A stretch of 64,000 nt of DNA from Endomicrobiia bacterium. Lineage in GTDB: Bacteria; Elusimicrobiota; Endomicrobiia; DTEH01. The stretch lies in NCBI GenBank assembly GCA_039630545.1, contig JBCNUU010000002.1, positions 95,994 to 159,993 on the forward strand, written 5' to 3'. Below, piece by piece: positions 49,810 to 59,997 of this stretch. A model generated the notes under the pieces. It searched no databases, was not told the DNA's origin, and saw only the letters and a program-made list of their open reading frames with translations. The first letter of the stretch is position 1, and each line of letters opens with the position of its first letter. Both the position numbers and the translations under genes were made by a program.

Positions 49810-49811
49810 TT

Positions 49812-51341
49812 ATGTTCTCAAAAGTTTATTCAGGCACAGTATACGGGATAGATGGATTTATTGTAGAAGTAGAGATAGATATTTCAAGTGGATTACCTTC
49901 TTTTAACATAGTAGGACTACCTGATGCAGCAGTAAAAGAATCTAAAGAAAGAGTAGTATCTGCTATAAGAAATTCAGGTTTTGATTTACCTTCTAAAAAG
50001 ATTACAGTAAATCTTGCACCAGCGGACTTGAAAAAAGAAGGAGCTGGTTTTGATCTTCCTATAGCCTTAGGGATATTAGCTGCTGTAGGTAAAGTGAATT
50101 CTGCAGAATTAGAAAACTACTATATAGTAGGAGAATTATCCTTAGATGGCAATGTTCGTTCTGTGAAAGGGGTATTACCTTTGGCTATTGAATTTTCAAA
50201 AAATAGTAAAAGAAGATTAATCATTCCATATTTTAATGCAAAAGAAACAGTTCTTACAGATATTGAAGTATATCCAGTTAAAACCTTAAATGAGGCAGTT
50301 TCTTTTATAAACAAGGAGTTAGAAATATTGCCTTATAAAGAAGACCTGGATAAAATATACAAAGAAAATTATATATATGAGGTAGACTTTTCCGAAGTAA
50401 AAGGGCAACAATATGCAAAACGAGCCATAGAGGTAGCTGCAAGTGGTGGTCATAATATTATTATGATAGGTCCACCGGGAGCTGGCAAAACAATGTTAGC
50501 TTCAAGAATTCCCACGATTTTGCCTGAACTCACACTAGAAGAAGCTATAGAAACAACACGAATTTATTCTGTAGCAGGTATGCTGGATGGGAAGTTTATT
50601 TCTACAAGACCTTTTCGTGCACCACATCATACTATATCTGATATAGCACTAGTTGGAGGAGGACAGATACCTAAACCAGGTGAAGTTTCTTTAGCTCATA
50701 ATGGAGTGTTATTTTTAGATGAGTTGCCTGAATTTAGTAGAAATGTTTTAGAGGTTTTAAGACAACCATTAGAAAAAGGATACATCACTGTGTCAAGAGC
50801 TGCTTTTAAGTGTAACTTCCCTGCTAATGTAATGTTTGTTGCTGCTTGTAATCCATGTCCCTGTGGTTATTTTGGACACCCTAAAAAAGAATGTAAATGT
50901 TCTCCTTATCAAATTCATAAATATCTTTCAAAAATATCCGGTCCGCTTCTTGATAGGATTGACATACAGATAGAAGTTCCTCCTGTGGAAATAGAAGAGG
51001 TAGTTTCTGATGTTTCAGAGGAGACTTCTGAGAAAATCAGAGAAAGAGTAAAGAAGACAAGACAGTTGCAATATGAAAGATATAAAAAATATAAAAATAA
51101 AAAAATATATACTAACTCTCAACTAACAAGTAAGTTAATAAAAGAATTTTGTCCTATGACTGATGAAGCAAAAAGAATTTTAAAAATTAGTATAGAAAAA
51201 TTTAACTTTTCAGCACGAGCTTATGATAGGATTATAAAAGTTGCTCGTACTATTGCAGATATGGATAACAAAGAGGTTATTGATTCCGTACATATTTCAG
51301 AAGCTATTCATTACCGCAGTATTGATAGATTTATTATATGA
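49812..51341 (+). CDS. comM: ComM/YifB Mg-chelatase-like AAA+ ATPase
   Basis: VGLPD.AVKES.ERV, GPPGAGKTM, RPFRAPHHT, GEVSLAHNGVLFLDE, SGPLLDRID. Confidence 0.95.
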   Translation: MFSKVYSGTVYGIDGFIVEVEIDISSGLPSFNIVGLPDAAVKESKERVVSAIRNSGFDLPSKKITVNLAPADLKKEGAGFDLPIALGILAAVGKVNSAELENYYIVGELSLDGNVRSVKGVLPLAIEFSKNSKRRLIIPYFNAKETVLTDIEVYPVKTLNEAVSFINKELEILPYKEDLDKIYKENYIYEVDFSEVKGQQYAKRAIEVAASGGHNIIMIGPPGAGKTMLASRIPTILPELTLEEAIETTRIYSVAGMLDGKFISTRPFRAPHHTISDIALVGGGQIPKPGEVSLAHNGVLFLDELPEFSRNVLEVLRQPLEKGYITVSRAAFKCNFPANVMFVAACNPCPCGYFGHPKKECKCSPYQIHKYLSKISGPLLDRIDIQIEVPPVEIEEVVSDVSEETSEKIRERVKKTRQLQYERYKKYKNKKIYTNSQLTSKLIKEFCPMTDEAKRILKISIEKFNFSARAYDRIIKVARTIADMDNKEVIDSVHISEAIHYRSIDRFII

Positions 51342-54097
51342 AAAATATAGTTGTTTTCACCCCTACCTATAATGAATTAGAAAACATAGAAATTTTTATA
51401 ACACAAGTTTTTGAAGTCTTGCCTGATTGTAAGTTAATAGTAATTGATGATGACTCTCCAGATGGAACTTCTCAAAAAGTTAAAATGTTACAAAAGATTT
51501 ATAAGAATCTTTATCTAATTGTAAGAAAAGAAAAAAAGGGTAGAGGTTATGCAGGTATAGAAGGTTTTAAAAAATCATTGGAACTTGATGCTGATATAAT
51601 AGTTGAAATGGATGCTGATTTGTCTCATTCGCCTTATGATATACCAAAGTTAATTAAAATTTTTGAAATGATTCCAGAAGTAGATATAGTGGTAGGTTCA
51701 AGATATATTTTAGGAGGAGAAGATAAAGAAAGAAATTTTTTAAGAAAATTAATAAGTTTATTTGCCAGGTTTTATATAAAATTTTTCTTAGGAATTCCTA
51801 TTAGAGATGCTACTTCTGGTTTTAAAGCTTACAGAAGAAAAGTTATAGAGAAAATTCTACCATATCTTACTGCTTCAGATCCTTTTATTGTTAGTGAAGT
51901 TAATTATATTGCAAAAATGTTAGGATTTAAATTTTATGAGGTTCCTATAGAGTTTTACAAGCGACTTTATGGCGAAAGTAAACTTACTTTAGGAAAACTT
52001 TTTAAGTATTTACTTAGAGTATTAATTTTACCAATTAAGTTTTTTTTAAAGGATAAATATAACATATTATTTATAAAATTTTTACTTTTAAGCACAATTT
52101 TTAGAATATTTATTTCAGGTTTATTTGGACTTACGGATGATGAATCACACTACTGGCAGTATTCTCAATATTTAGATTTTTCTTATTATGATCATCCACC
52201 CTTAGTGGGTTATTTAATATATCTATCTACAAAAATTTTGGGAAATAATCTATACGCTGTAAGAATACCAGCAATTTTATGTTTTTTTGTTTCTTTGATT
52301 TATTTTTATAAGTTAATCAAAGAAATATGGAATGAGAAAACAGCATTTTATTCAAGCTTGTTACTTAGTTTTGTACCTGTAGTTTTTGTGGGTTCAATTA
52401 TAACATTACCTGATGCTCCTTTAGGAATGTTTTGGATGAGTTATATGTTTTATTTTTATAAATTTATTTCTACCTATAATACTTGGTTTTTATATATATG
52501 TGGAGTTATTTTTGGTTTTGCGTTACTTTCCAAGTATAATGCTATATTTTTATTTATTAGCAGTATGATTATATTCTTATCCAAAAAAGAATTGAGAAGA
52601 TATTTTTTAAAAAAGGATTTCTATTATTCTTATTTATTATCTGTTGTAATTTTTTCTCCTGTTATTTTATGGAATATCACCCATAAATTTGCCTCTTTTA
52701 ATTATCAACTATCCAGAAGTAGTGGTGTTTCAAAATTTTTTAATTTTTTAATTTTTTTAGAAAACTTAGCTACACAAAGCAGCTATCTTTCTCCAGTGGT
52801 TTTTTTGTTAATTGTATATGTTAATGTTTTATTTTTATTAAAAAAAGATTTTAAATATAAGTTTTTTACATATTTTTCCTTACCAGGCATATTATTTTTT
52901 AATTTTATAGGATTAAAAACAAGAATTCTTCCTCACTGGCCGACTATTTCATATATTAGTGCTTTACCTTTAATTTTTTTTATAGATAAGAAAAAAATTA
53001 TGTATTTTGTTTCTTTAATTTCTTCTTTTGGGATTTGTTTGTTTGTCCTATTAGTTGGATTATTTGGTATCATAAAATTACCAGAAAACTTAGCTGACAA
53101 AGATACGCCAGACAAGTTATATGGATGGGATTTAGCAGCTAAAGAATTACATAATTTAATTGAGAAATATGATTCAGGTTTTATATTAACTCATAAATAC
53201 TTCACTGCAGGACAGATAAGGTTTGCTCTCAGTAGGTACTATAAACAAATACCTGAAGTTTTTTGTTTGGATGATTATTTAAACCAGTATGATTTTTGGA
53301 GTAAAAATTTGGTAAAATATAATGGACAAAATGCCATTTTTATAACAGAAGGAAGATTTAAAGAAGATAATTTTTTAAAAGAAGCACCATTTAGCAAAGT
53401 TAAATTTATTATGAGTGTTTCCTTTAGAAAAAACAAATTCTGGCCACCGCGAATCTTTAAATTCTATTTTTGTGAAAATTTTGAGTATAATAAAATCTCT
53501 TCTAAGTTTTTGCAAGAAAAATATAATAATCATTTAAGAGTTACAGAATATCTAAGAGATTATGATAAGAAAATATTCCTTAAAATAAACAATATGCCTG
53601 TGTATAAAAATAAAATTTTTACTACTTTAAGCTATGCAATTACTTCTTTAGGAAACGGATTAGTATTAATTCCAATGGTTATTATTCTTTTATATTTTAT
53701 TGATAAAAAATCTTTTGTAAGAAATTCGGTTGTTTTTCTTTTAATAGTTTCATTTGGTGGTTTAATGATTCAGATTTTGAAAAATTTGTTTGACAAACCA
53801 AGGCCCCTTAAACTTTTTTTTGATATTTTAAACCAACCTATAAATGTAATAGGGGAACGTCTCTATGAATATGGGTTTCCTTCTGGACATACTTTTTTAG
53901 CTTTTAGTTCCTACGTTTTTATTTCAGATAGGATTAAAAAAAAGTTAGTCAGATTAATTTTATTTTTTTTAGCCTTTCTTATAGGTATAAGTAGAGTTTT
54001 AGTAGGAGCTCATTTCTTAAGTGATGTTATAGCTGGAATGATTATAGGGATAGTTTTTACTAATTTATGTATTAGATTAGAAAAGGAACTACAATGA
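51338..54097 (+). CDS. Three-domain fusion: polyprenol-phosphate glycosyltransferase (GT2), ArnT/PMT-like GT-C and PAP2 phosphatase
   Basis: GT2: PTYNE, DDDSPDG, MDADLSH, DATSGF. GT-C: DE.HYW..S...SYYDHPP, LSKY. PAP2: K......RP, FPSGH, SR...G.HF.SD. Confidence 0.88.
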   Translation: MKNIVVFTPTYNELENIEIFITQVFEVLPDCKLIVIDDDSPDGTSQKVKMLQKIYKNLYLIVRKEKKGRGYAGIEGFKKSLELDADIIVEMDADLSHSPYDIPKLIKIFEMIPEVDIVVGSRYILGGEDKERNFLRKLISLFARFYIKFFLGIPIRDATSGFKAYRRKVIEKILPYLTASDPFIVSEVNYIAKMLGFKFYEVPIEFYKRLYGESKLTLGKLFKYLLRVLILPIKFFLKDKYNILFIKFLLLSTIFRIFISGLFGLTDDESHYWQYSQYLDFSYYDHPPLVGYLIYLSTKILGNNLYAVRIPAILCFFVSLIYFYKLIKEIWNEKTAFYSSLLLSFVPVVFVGSIITLPDAPLGMFWMSYMFYFYKFISTYNTWFLYICGVIFGFALLSKYNAIFLFISSMIIFLSKKELRRYFLKKDFYYSYLLSVVIFSPVILWNITHKFASFNYQLSRSSGVSKFFNFLIFLENLATQSSYLSPVVFLLIVYVNVLFLLKKDFKYKFFTYFSLPGILFFNFIGLKTRILPHWPTISYISALPLIFFIDKKKIMYFVSLISSFGICLFVLLVGLFGIIKLPENLADKDTPDKLYGWDLAAKELHNLIEKYDSGFILTHKYFTAGQIRFALSRYYKQIPEVFCLDDYLNQYDFWSKNLVKYNGQNAIFITEGRFKEDNFLKEAPFSKVKFIMSVSFRKNKFWPPRIFKFYFCENFEYNKISSKFLQEKYNNHLRVTEYLRDYDKKIFLKINNMPVYKNKIFTTLSYAITSLGNGLVLIPMVIILLYFIDKKSFVRNSVVFLLIVSFGGLMIQILKNLFDKPRPLKLFFDILNQPINVIGERLYEYGFPSGHTFLAFSSYVFISDRIKKKLVRLILFFLAFLIGISRVLVGAHFLSDVIAGMIIGIVFTNLCIRLEKELQ

Positions 54098-54126
54098 ATA
54101 ATTTAGTTTTCAGGAGGAAAAATATC

Positions 54127-54879
54127 ATGAAAAAGGTTATAGTATTATTGTTTATTTTTTCATTTTATTGTTTTGGGAGTATAGAGTATGTTGTTGTTAA
54201 AGGAGATTGTTTATGGAATATAGCAAAAAGATTCTATCAAAATCCATTTTTATGGCCTAATATATATGAAGCTAATAAACACCAAATAAGAAATCCTGAT
54301 CTTATTTACCCAGGTCAAGTATTTATTTTACCTGATATAGAAGTTTCTGAAGAAACTGATGAAAAGAAAGCACAATTTTTATCCGAGCAGGAGATTGAAG
54401 AAGGGCAAGTTAAAGAAGTTCAACATGACTCCGAAGAGTTTCTAGAAAAAGATGTAAAAGAAGAAATGTTTGAGGAAGAGAAGATATTCCATGAAATATC
54501 TGAAAAATCCGAGGAAGAGAAAAAATATAAAGAGAAAAATCATCAAGAAATTTCTGAATTTCCACAAAAAATAAAGTTAGAAGAGTTTGAATTTCAAGGA
54601 AAAATAGTAGCAGCAAAAGAAGAAAAATTTGTATATATAGATTTTGATAAGATATATTGTGAACTAAAAGACATGACTGGTATTTATGAAGGCAAAATTT
54701 TGGGAATATATCATTTAGGTCCTTCTAAGTATGATATTAACTTGATGAAGATTCCTAAAAATCAGCTTATTCTTGTTGGTAAAGCTAAGGTATTAGAAAT
54801 ACTTGATGATAATAAAGTCTTATGTGAAATTTTAAGAGTTTACTCTCCTGTAGCAATAGGAGATTTTATTAAAAAATAA
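54127..54879 (+). CDS. Exported LysM peptidoglycan-binding protein
   Basis: Signal peptide; YVVVKGDCLWNIAKRFY...W..IYEAN...I.NPDLIYPGQ; acidic linker; ATG at 54127 after AGGAGG. Confidence 0.9.
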   Translation: MKKVIVLLFIFSFYCFGSIEYVVVKGDCLWNIAKRFYQNPFLWPNIYEANKHQIRNPDLIYPGQVFILPDIEVSEETDEKKAQFLSEQEIEEGQVKEVQHDSEEFLEKDVKEEMFEEEKIFHEISEKSEEEKKYKEKNHQEISEFPQKIKLEEFEFQGKIVAAKEEKFVYIDFDKIYCELKDMTGIYEGKILGIYHLGPSKYDINLMKIPKNQLILVGKAKVLEILDDNKVLCEILRVYSPVAIGDFIKK

Positions 54880-54894
54880 TTTACACAAACAAAT

Positions 54895-55296
54895 ATGAAA
54901 AAGTTTCTTATATTTGGTATAATAATTATTGGATGTATAAACTTTATTTATTACAAATATTACAAAACAGGTAAATTTAACTTACTTTTAGAAAGATATC
55001 CAAATTCAAAATTTACTCAAACGATAGAAATTGTCTTAGGTGTTGTATGTGATATGTTGGGCAAAAGCGATTCTGCTATATTTAGGTTTAACAGAGCAAT
55101 AAACATTTATACTTTAGAAGAATCTAAACCTTTTAGTTATTATAACATAGCAAAAATTTATGAAGAAAAAAAAGAAATTAAATTAGCATTGAAATATTAC
55201 AGATTGACTTTTGAGAAATATCCTAAATCTTATTATGGAGATCTGAGTAGAAAACGGTATGATTATTTGTTGTTATTAGGTTATAAAGAAAAATGA
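54895..55296 (+). CDS. Small membrane-anchored TPR-like protein
   Basis: N-terminal TM helix; YYNIAKIY..A..YY....EKYPKS. Confidence 0.6.
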   Translation: MKKFLIFGIIIIGCINFIYYKYYKTGKFNLLLERYPNSKFTQTIEIVLGVVCDMLGKSDSAIFRFNRAINIYTLEESKPFSYYNIAKIYEEKKEIKLALKYYRLTFEKYPKSYYGDLSRKRYDYLLLLGYKEK

Positions 55297-56081
55297 AAAA
55301 ATATATATTGCTCTTGTTATGTTTTAATGTAATAATTTTTGGATTGTGTTATGAAGAAAATTACTATTTGAAAATAGATTGCAATAGTCAAAATGAGATT
55401 AAACAATTAATTGAGATATTAAAAGATCATAGTTGGTTTAAAAAAGAAAAGTTAAAAACTCATAACACTACTATTCAGTTGGGTCCCTATAATCTTCAAG
55501 AAGCCAAAGACATACAAAGTATTTTATGTGTTGAATTGGATATTCCTGCTTATATAGAAAGTAAGGAAAACGAAATAACAGAAGAATTTCAACAACAGGA
55601 AGAATTTTGTATAGTAGAGACAAGTTATACAAAATACGTATCTGAAGATTTATTGAATTATTATCAGGATGAGAATGTAAGAAAAATAATTAGCTATGCT
55701 TTAGAACTTTACACATCGCCTTATAAATGGGGAGGTACAGATATACAGAAAGGTATAGATTGCTCATATTTTGTTAAGTATATTTTTTCTAGGATAGGAA
55801 TAAATCTACCAAGGACTTCAAAAGAACAGTTTAAAATAGGTAAAGAAGTTTCAAAAGAAGAGATTAAATGTGGAGATCTTGTGTTTTTTAAAAAGGTCAG
55901 ATACGCAAAGGTTAAAGGTAAGATCAAAAAATATGAATATATAAATCATGTGGGTATATATTTAAAAGATGGTGAATTTATTCATGCAGCTCGTGGATGT
56001 AAGAGAGTAACAATATCTTCATTGTCAGAACCTTATTATAAAAAACACTTTGCAGGAGCCAGAAGAATAGTGGTTGAATAA
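55293..56081 (+). CDS. NlpC/P60 (C40) peptidoglycan endopeptidase
   Basis: PY.WGG, GIDCS, LPRTS.EQ, GDLVFF, HVGIY, FIHA. Confidence 0.93.
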   Translation: MKKYILLLLCFNVIIFGLCYEENYYLKIDCNSQNEIKQLIEILKDHSWFKKEKLKTHNTTIQLGPYNLQEAKDIQSILCVELDIPAYIESKENEITEEFQQQEEFCIVETSYTKYVSEDLLNYYQDENVRKIISYALELYTSPYKWGGTDIQKGIDCSYFVKYIFSRIGINLPRTSKEQFKIGKEVSKEEIKCGDLVFFKKVRYAKVKGKIKKYEYINHVGIYLKDGEFIHAARGCKRVTISSLSEPYYKKHFAGARRIVVE

Positions 56082-56084
56082 ATT

Positions 56085-57212
56085 ATGAAAATAAATGATG
56101 AAATTAAGAGTTTAATAATATTAAATAGTATACCATTTTTAACACCAAGAAAAATTAAAAATTTAATAGATAAATTTGGCACTGCGAGTAATATTCTAAA
56201 TGCTTCAATAGAAGAACTAACAAGTGTTGAAAACATTACTGAAATCGTTGCTAATAGAATATTAAACTGGAAGTCCAAAGTTAATCCTGACAAAGAAATA
56301 GAACAGATATTAAAAAATGATATAAAAATTATATCTTATTTTGACGAAAACTATCCTTCTTTATTAAAAAACCTTGAAGATCCTCCAATGTTACTATATG
56401 TTAAAGGAAATCTAGAAAGTATATATGAGTTTTCTTTATCTGTAGTTGGCACTAGAAAACCTACTTCTTATGGAAAAATTGTCACAGAACATTTAATAAA
56501 AGAATTATCAAAATATAGGTTTACAATTATTAGTGGTTTAGCATATGGAATAGATAAAATAGCTCATGAATGTGCAATAAAAAATGGTTTAAAAACTATT
56601 GCAGTATTAGGAAACGGTTTGGGTATTTATTATCCATTGTCAAATAAAAAATTACAAAACGATATTCCTTTAAAGGGTGGTTGTTTAATATCTGAGTTTT
56701 CATATTTTAGGCGACCTGATAAGTTAACCTTTCCGCAAAGAAACAGAATAATAGCTGCTTTATCTTTAGCAACAATAGTAATAGAAGCTGATATTAAAAG
56801 TGGAGCGTTAATTACAGCAAAATTTGCAGCTGATATGGGTAAGGAAGTTTTTGCTGTACCTGGAAGTATATTTTCAAATCAAAGTAGAGGGACAAACTTT
56901 CTTATTAAAACAGGAGCAAAAATGGTTACTTGTGTTGAAGATATAATTGAGGAAATAAAAGAAATTTGTTATTCTTTAAAAAAAGATTTTTCTGAATATA
57001 ATAAAGGCAATACTTTAACTGATGAATCAATGATTTCAGAAGATGAAAGGAAAGTTTTAGATATCATTTCCTCTGAGCCAAATGGACTACATATAGATAA
57101 AATTCAGTATATTTCAAACATAGAAATAAATAAACTTTTAAATATACTTTTAAGACTTCAAATTTTAGGTAAAATTAAAGAAATTCATAACAAAACTTTT
57201 ATAGTTATTTAG
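56085..57212 (+). CDS. dprA: DNA-processing protein DprA
   Basis: YP.LL....DPP.LYVKG, VVGTR, ISGLA.GID, FPQRNRII, SGALITA, VFAVPG. Confidence 0.96.
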   Translation: MKINDEIKSLIILNSIPFLTPRKIKNLIDKFGTASNILNASIEELTSVENITEIVANRILNWKSKVNPDKEIEQILKNDIKIISYFDENYPSLLKNLEDPPMLLYVKGNLESIYEFSLSVVGTRKPTSYGKIVTEHLIKELSKYRFTIISGLAYGIDKIAHECAIKNGLKTIAVLGNGLGIYYPLSNKKLQNDIPLKGGCLISEFSYFRRPDKLTFPQRNRIIAALSLATIVIEADIKSGALITAKFAADMGKEVFAVPGSIFSNQSRGTNFLIKTGAKMVTCVEDIIEEIKEICYSLKKDFSEYNKGNTLTDESMISEDERKVLDIISSEPNGLHIDKIQYISNIEINKLLNILLRLQILGKIKEIHNKTFIVI

Positions 57213-57220
57213 ATAATTAT

Positions 57221-59077
57221 ATGAAGTTGATAATTGTTGAATCGCCAACGAAAGAAAAGACCATATCAAAATTTCTAAATAACTCAAAAGAATATGTAGT
57301 TAAAAGTTCATATGGACATATAAGAGACTTACCTAAAAATAGTTTAGGGGTTGATGAGAAAAATAATTTTAAGCCTTATTATGTAATTCTTCCTAAAGCT
57401 AAAAAAATTATCAAAGAACTTAAAAATCTTTCTAACCAGGCAGAAGATATATATTTAGCCACAGATTACGACCGTGAGGGAGAGTCTATAGCTTGGCATT
57501 TAGTAAAAGTTTTAGGCTTAGATGAAAATGAAGTTAAAAGAATAACTTTTCATGAAATCACTCCTAAAGCAATATTTGAAGCTTTAAAAAATCCTAAAAA
57601 AATAGATAAAAACTTAGTAAATGCCCAACAGGCAAGACGAATCATAGATAGGTTGATTGGTTATAAACTATCACCGCTTTTATGGGATAAAATAGCAAAT
57701 AAACTTTCGGCAGGGAGAGTTCAGTCTGCAGCATTAAAGTTCATATATGATAGAGAAAAAGAAATAGAAAATTTTAAACCACAGGAATATTGGACTGTAG
57801 AATGTGAATTTTATAAGGTAAAAGAGGAAAACTTTTTTAAAGCTAACCTTTCTTATATCGGCGACAAAAAATTAGATAAACTAGATATAAAAACTCAACA
57901 AGAAGCTGAGGAAATAACAAAAGAGATAAGAAATATTGGCACTGGAGAAATAATAGACATAAAAATAGAAGAAAAATTAAAATCACCGCCTGCTCCTTTT
58001 ATCACTTCTACCTTGCAACAAGAGGCTTCGTGGAAGTTGAAATTTTCTCCCTCCAAGACTATGGCTATAGCTCAAAGTCTATATGAAGGAGTAGATTTAG
58101 GAAAAACAGAACGCATAGGACTTATTACATATATGAGGACAGATTCTACTTATGTATCAGATTATGCTATAGATGAGCTGAGAAAATTCATAAAAGAAAA
58201 ATTTACAGAGAAATATCTAAACGATATACCAAGAAAATATAAAACAAAAGTGAAAAATGCCCAGGAAGCACACGAAGCTATAAGACCTACTAATGTTTAT
58301 TATACTCCGGAAGAAATAAAAAAATATCTTACAAATGATCAATATAAACTATATGACCTTATTTGGAAAAGATTTGTAGCATCTCAGATGAAAGACATGA
58401 AATATCAAATTACAACTCTGAAAATAAAAGTTTCAGAAAAATATATTTTTGAGGCGGAGATAAAAAAGATACTATTTGAAGGATATTATATTATATTACC
58501 CGAAGAACAACAAAAAAAGGAAAAGGAAGAAATTATTTTAGAAAAATTTAATTTAAATGATGAATTAAAAATTAAAGATTGTATTTCAAAACAACATTTT
58601 ACAGAACCTCCTTCTCGTTATACAGAGGCTTCATTGATTAAAGAGCTTGAAAAAAATGGTATAGGAAGACCTTCCACTTATGCTAGCATAGTTGATACAC
58701 TTAAAATAAGAGGTTATGTTAAACTTAAAGAAAGAAAATTTTATATAACAGATTTAGGTAAAAGAGTTACTGAGTTATTATCAACTTTTTTCCCTGAAGT
58801 TGTAGATAAGTTTTATACTGCAAAAATAGAAAATATGTTAGATAAAATTTCTCGTGGTAAAGAGAAGTGGCCAAATGTTGTTGCTCTATATAATGAACAA
58901 TTAATGAAAAATTTGCAAAGAGCAACAAAAGAAATTGAATCTAAAAATGATGTTTTATCAGATAAAAAATGTAAATTATGCGGAAGCAATATGATAATCA
59001 GAGAAAGTAAATATGGTAAATTTCTGTCTTGCAGTAATTTTCCAAAATGTAAATATAAGTTAAATTATGAAAATTAA
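57221..59077 (+). CDS. topA: DNA topoisomerase I
   Basis: IVESP.K, GHIRDLP, ATDYDREGE, SAGRVQS, ITYMRTDS, GIGRPSTY; one C-terminal zinc ribbon. Confidence 0.98.
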   Translation: MKLIIVESPTKEKTISKFLNNSKEYVVKSSYGHIRDLPKNSLGVDEKNNFKPYYVILPKAKKIIKELKNLSNQAEDIYLATDYDREGESIAWHLVKVLGLDENEVKRITFHEITPKAIFEALKNPKKIDKNLVNAQQARRIIDRLIGYKLSPLLWDKIANKLSAGRVQSAALKFIYDREKEIENFKPQEYWTVECEFYKVKEENFFKANLSYIGDKKLDKLDIKTQQEAEEITKEIRNIGTGEIIDIKIEEKLKSPPAPFITSTLQQEASWKLKFSPSKTMAIAQSLYEGVDLGKTERIGLITYMRTDSTYVSDYAIDELRKFIKEKFTEKYLNDIPRKYKTKVKNAQEAHEAIRPTNVYYTPEEIKKYLTNDQYKLYDLIWKRFVASQMKDMKYQITTLKIKVSEKYIFEAEIKKILFEGYYIILPEEQQKKEKEEIILEKFNLNDELKIKDCISKQHFTEPPSRYTEASLIKELEKNGIGRPSTYASIVDTLKIRGYVKLKERKFYITDLGKRVTELLSTFFPEVVDKFYTAKIENMLDKISRGKEKWPNVVALYNEQLMKNLQRATKEIESKNDVLSDKKCKLCGSNMIIRESKYGKFLSCSNFPKCKYKLNYEN

Positions 59078-59996
59078 AAATTTAAAAATAAACAGAGACA
59101 AAATTCCTGAATATTATAAGAATTTCATTACGAAATTTAAAATTTATTTAATGGCAGAGAAAAGTGTATCTAAAAATACAATTATAGCTTACATTACTGA
59201 TATAGAGGAGTTTTTCGAATATTTATATAGTGAGTTAAAAATTAAAAACATTAAAGATATCACCAGAACTGTAATAAGGAGTTTTATTTCACATCTACAG
59301 CAGTTGGAATATAAAAGATCATCTATTATAAGAAAAATAAACGCAATACGGACCTTTTTTAAATTTTTAATTCAAAAAAAATATATTATTTTTAATCCTA
59401 CGCTATATTTAAGTAGTATAAAAAAAGAAAAAAATCTTCCAACTTTTTTAACGAAGCAAGAAATAGAAAAATTGCTTAATTTAGTAGTTCCTAAAGATTT
59501 TTTCACAGCAAGAGATAGAGCACTACTTGAGTTGTTGTATTCTTCAGGTCTTAGAATTTCAGAAGTATATCAGATTGATGAAGATGATATAGATATTTAC
59601 GAAGGTATAGTGACGGTTAAAGGAAAGGGCAATAAAGAAAGGATAGTTCCTGTAGGAGATGTTGCTTTAAATTATTTGAGAGAATATCTAAAATATAAAT
59701 ATAAAGAAGGATTCAGAAGTAAAGAATTATTTGTCAACAAATTTGGTAAAAGACTTAGTGTTAGAGGGATAAGAAAAATTATTGCAAGATGGATTAAAAA
59801 AGCTTCAATTCATAAAAAAATTTCTCCACATACTTTTAGACATACTTTTGCTACACATCTTTTAGATGCAGGTTGTGATTTAAGAAGTATTCAGGAAATG
59901 TTAGGACATAAAAGTTTATCCACTACTAACATATATACTCATATAACATTGCAACGTCTTAAAAAAATATATGAAAGAATCCATCCAAGAAGATGA
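59067..59996 (+). CDS. xerC: XerC/XerD-family tyrosine recombinase (XerC by synteny)
   Basis: RD.ALLELLYSSGLRISE, GKGNKERIVP, HTFRHTFATHLL, LGH..STT.IY; follows dprA-topA. Confidence 0.9.
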   Translation: MKIKNLKINRDKIPEYYKNFITKFKIYLMAEKSVSKNTIIAYITDIEEFFEYLYSELKIKNIKDITRTVIRSFISHLQQLEYKRSSIIRKINAIRTFFKFLIQKKYIIFNPTLYLSSIKKEKNLPTFLTKQEIEKLLNLVVPKDFFTARDRALLELLYSSGLRISEVYQIDEDDIDIYEGIVTVKGKGNKERIVPVGDVALNYLREYLKYKYKEGFRSKELFVNKFGKRLSVRGIRKIIARWIKKASIHKKISPHTFRHTFATHLLDAGCDLRSIQEMLGHKSLSTTNIYTHITLQRLKKIYERIHPRR

Positions 59997-59997
59997 A

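Noticed and set aside
59067..59996. Tyrosine recombinase as a mobile-element integrase
   Set aside because: Its size, motifs and dprA-topA-xerC synteny fit the housekeeping Xer recombinase; there is no cargo or att site.
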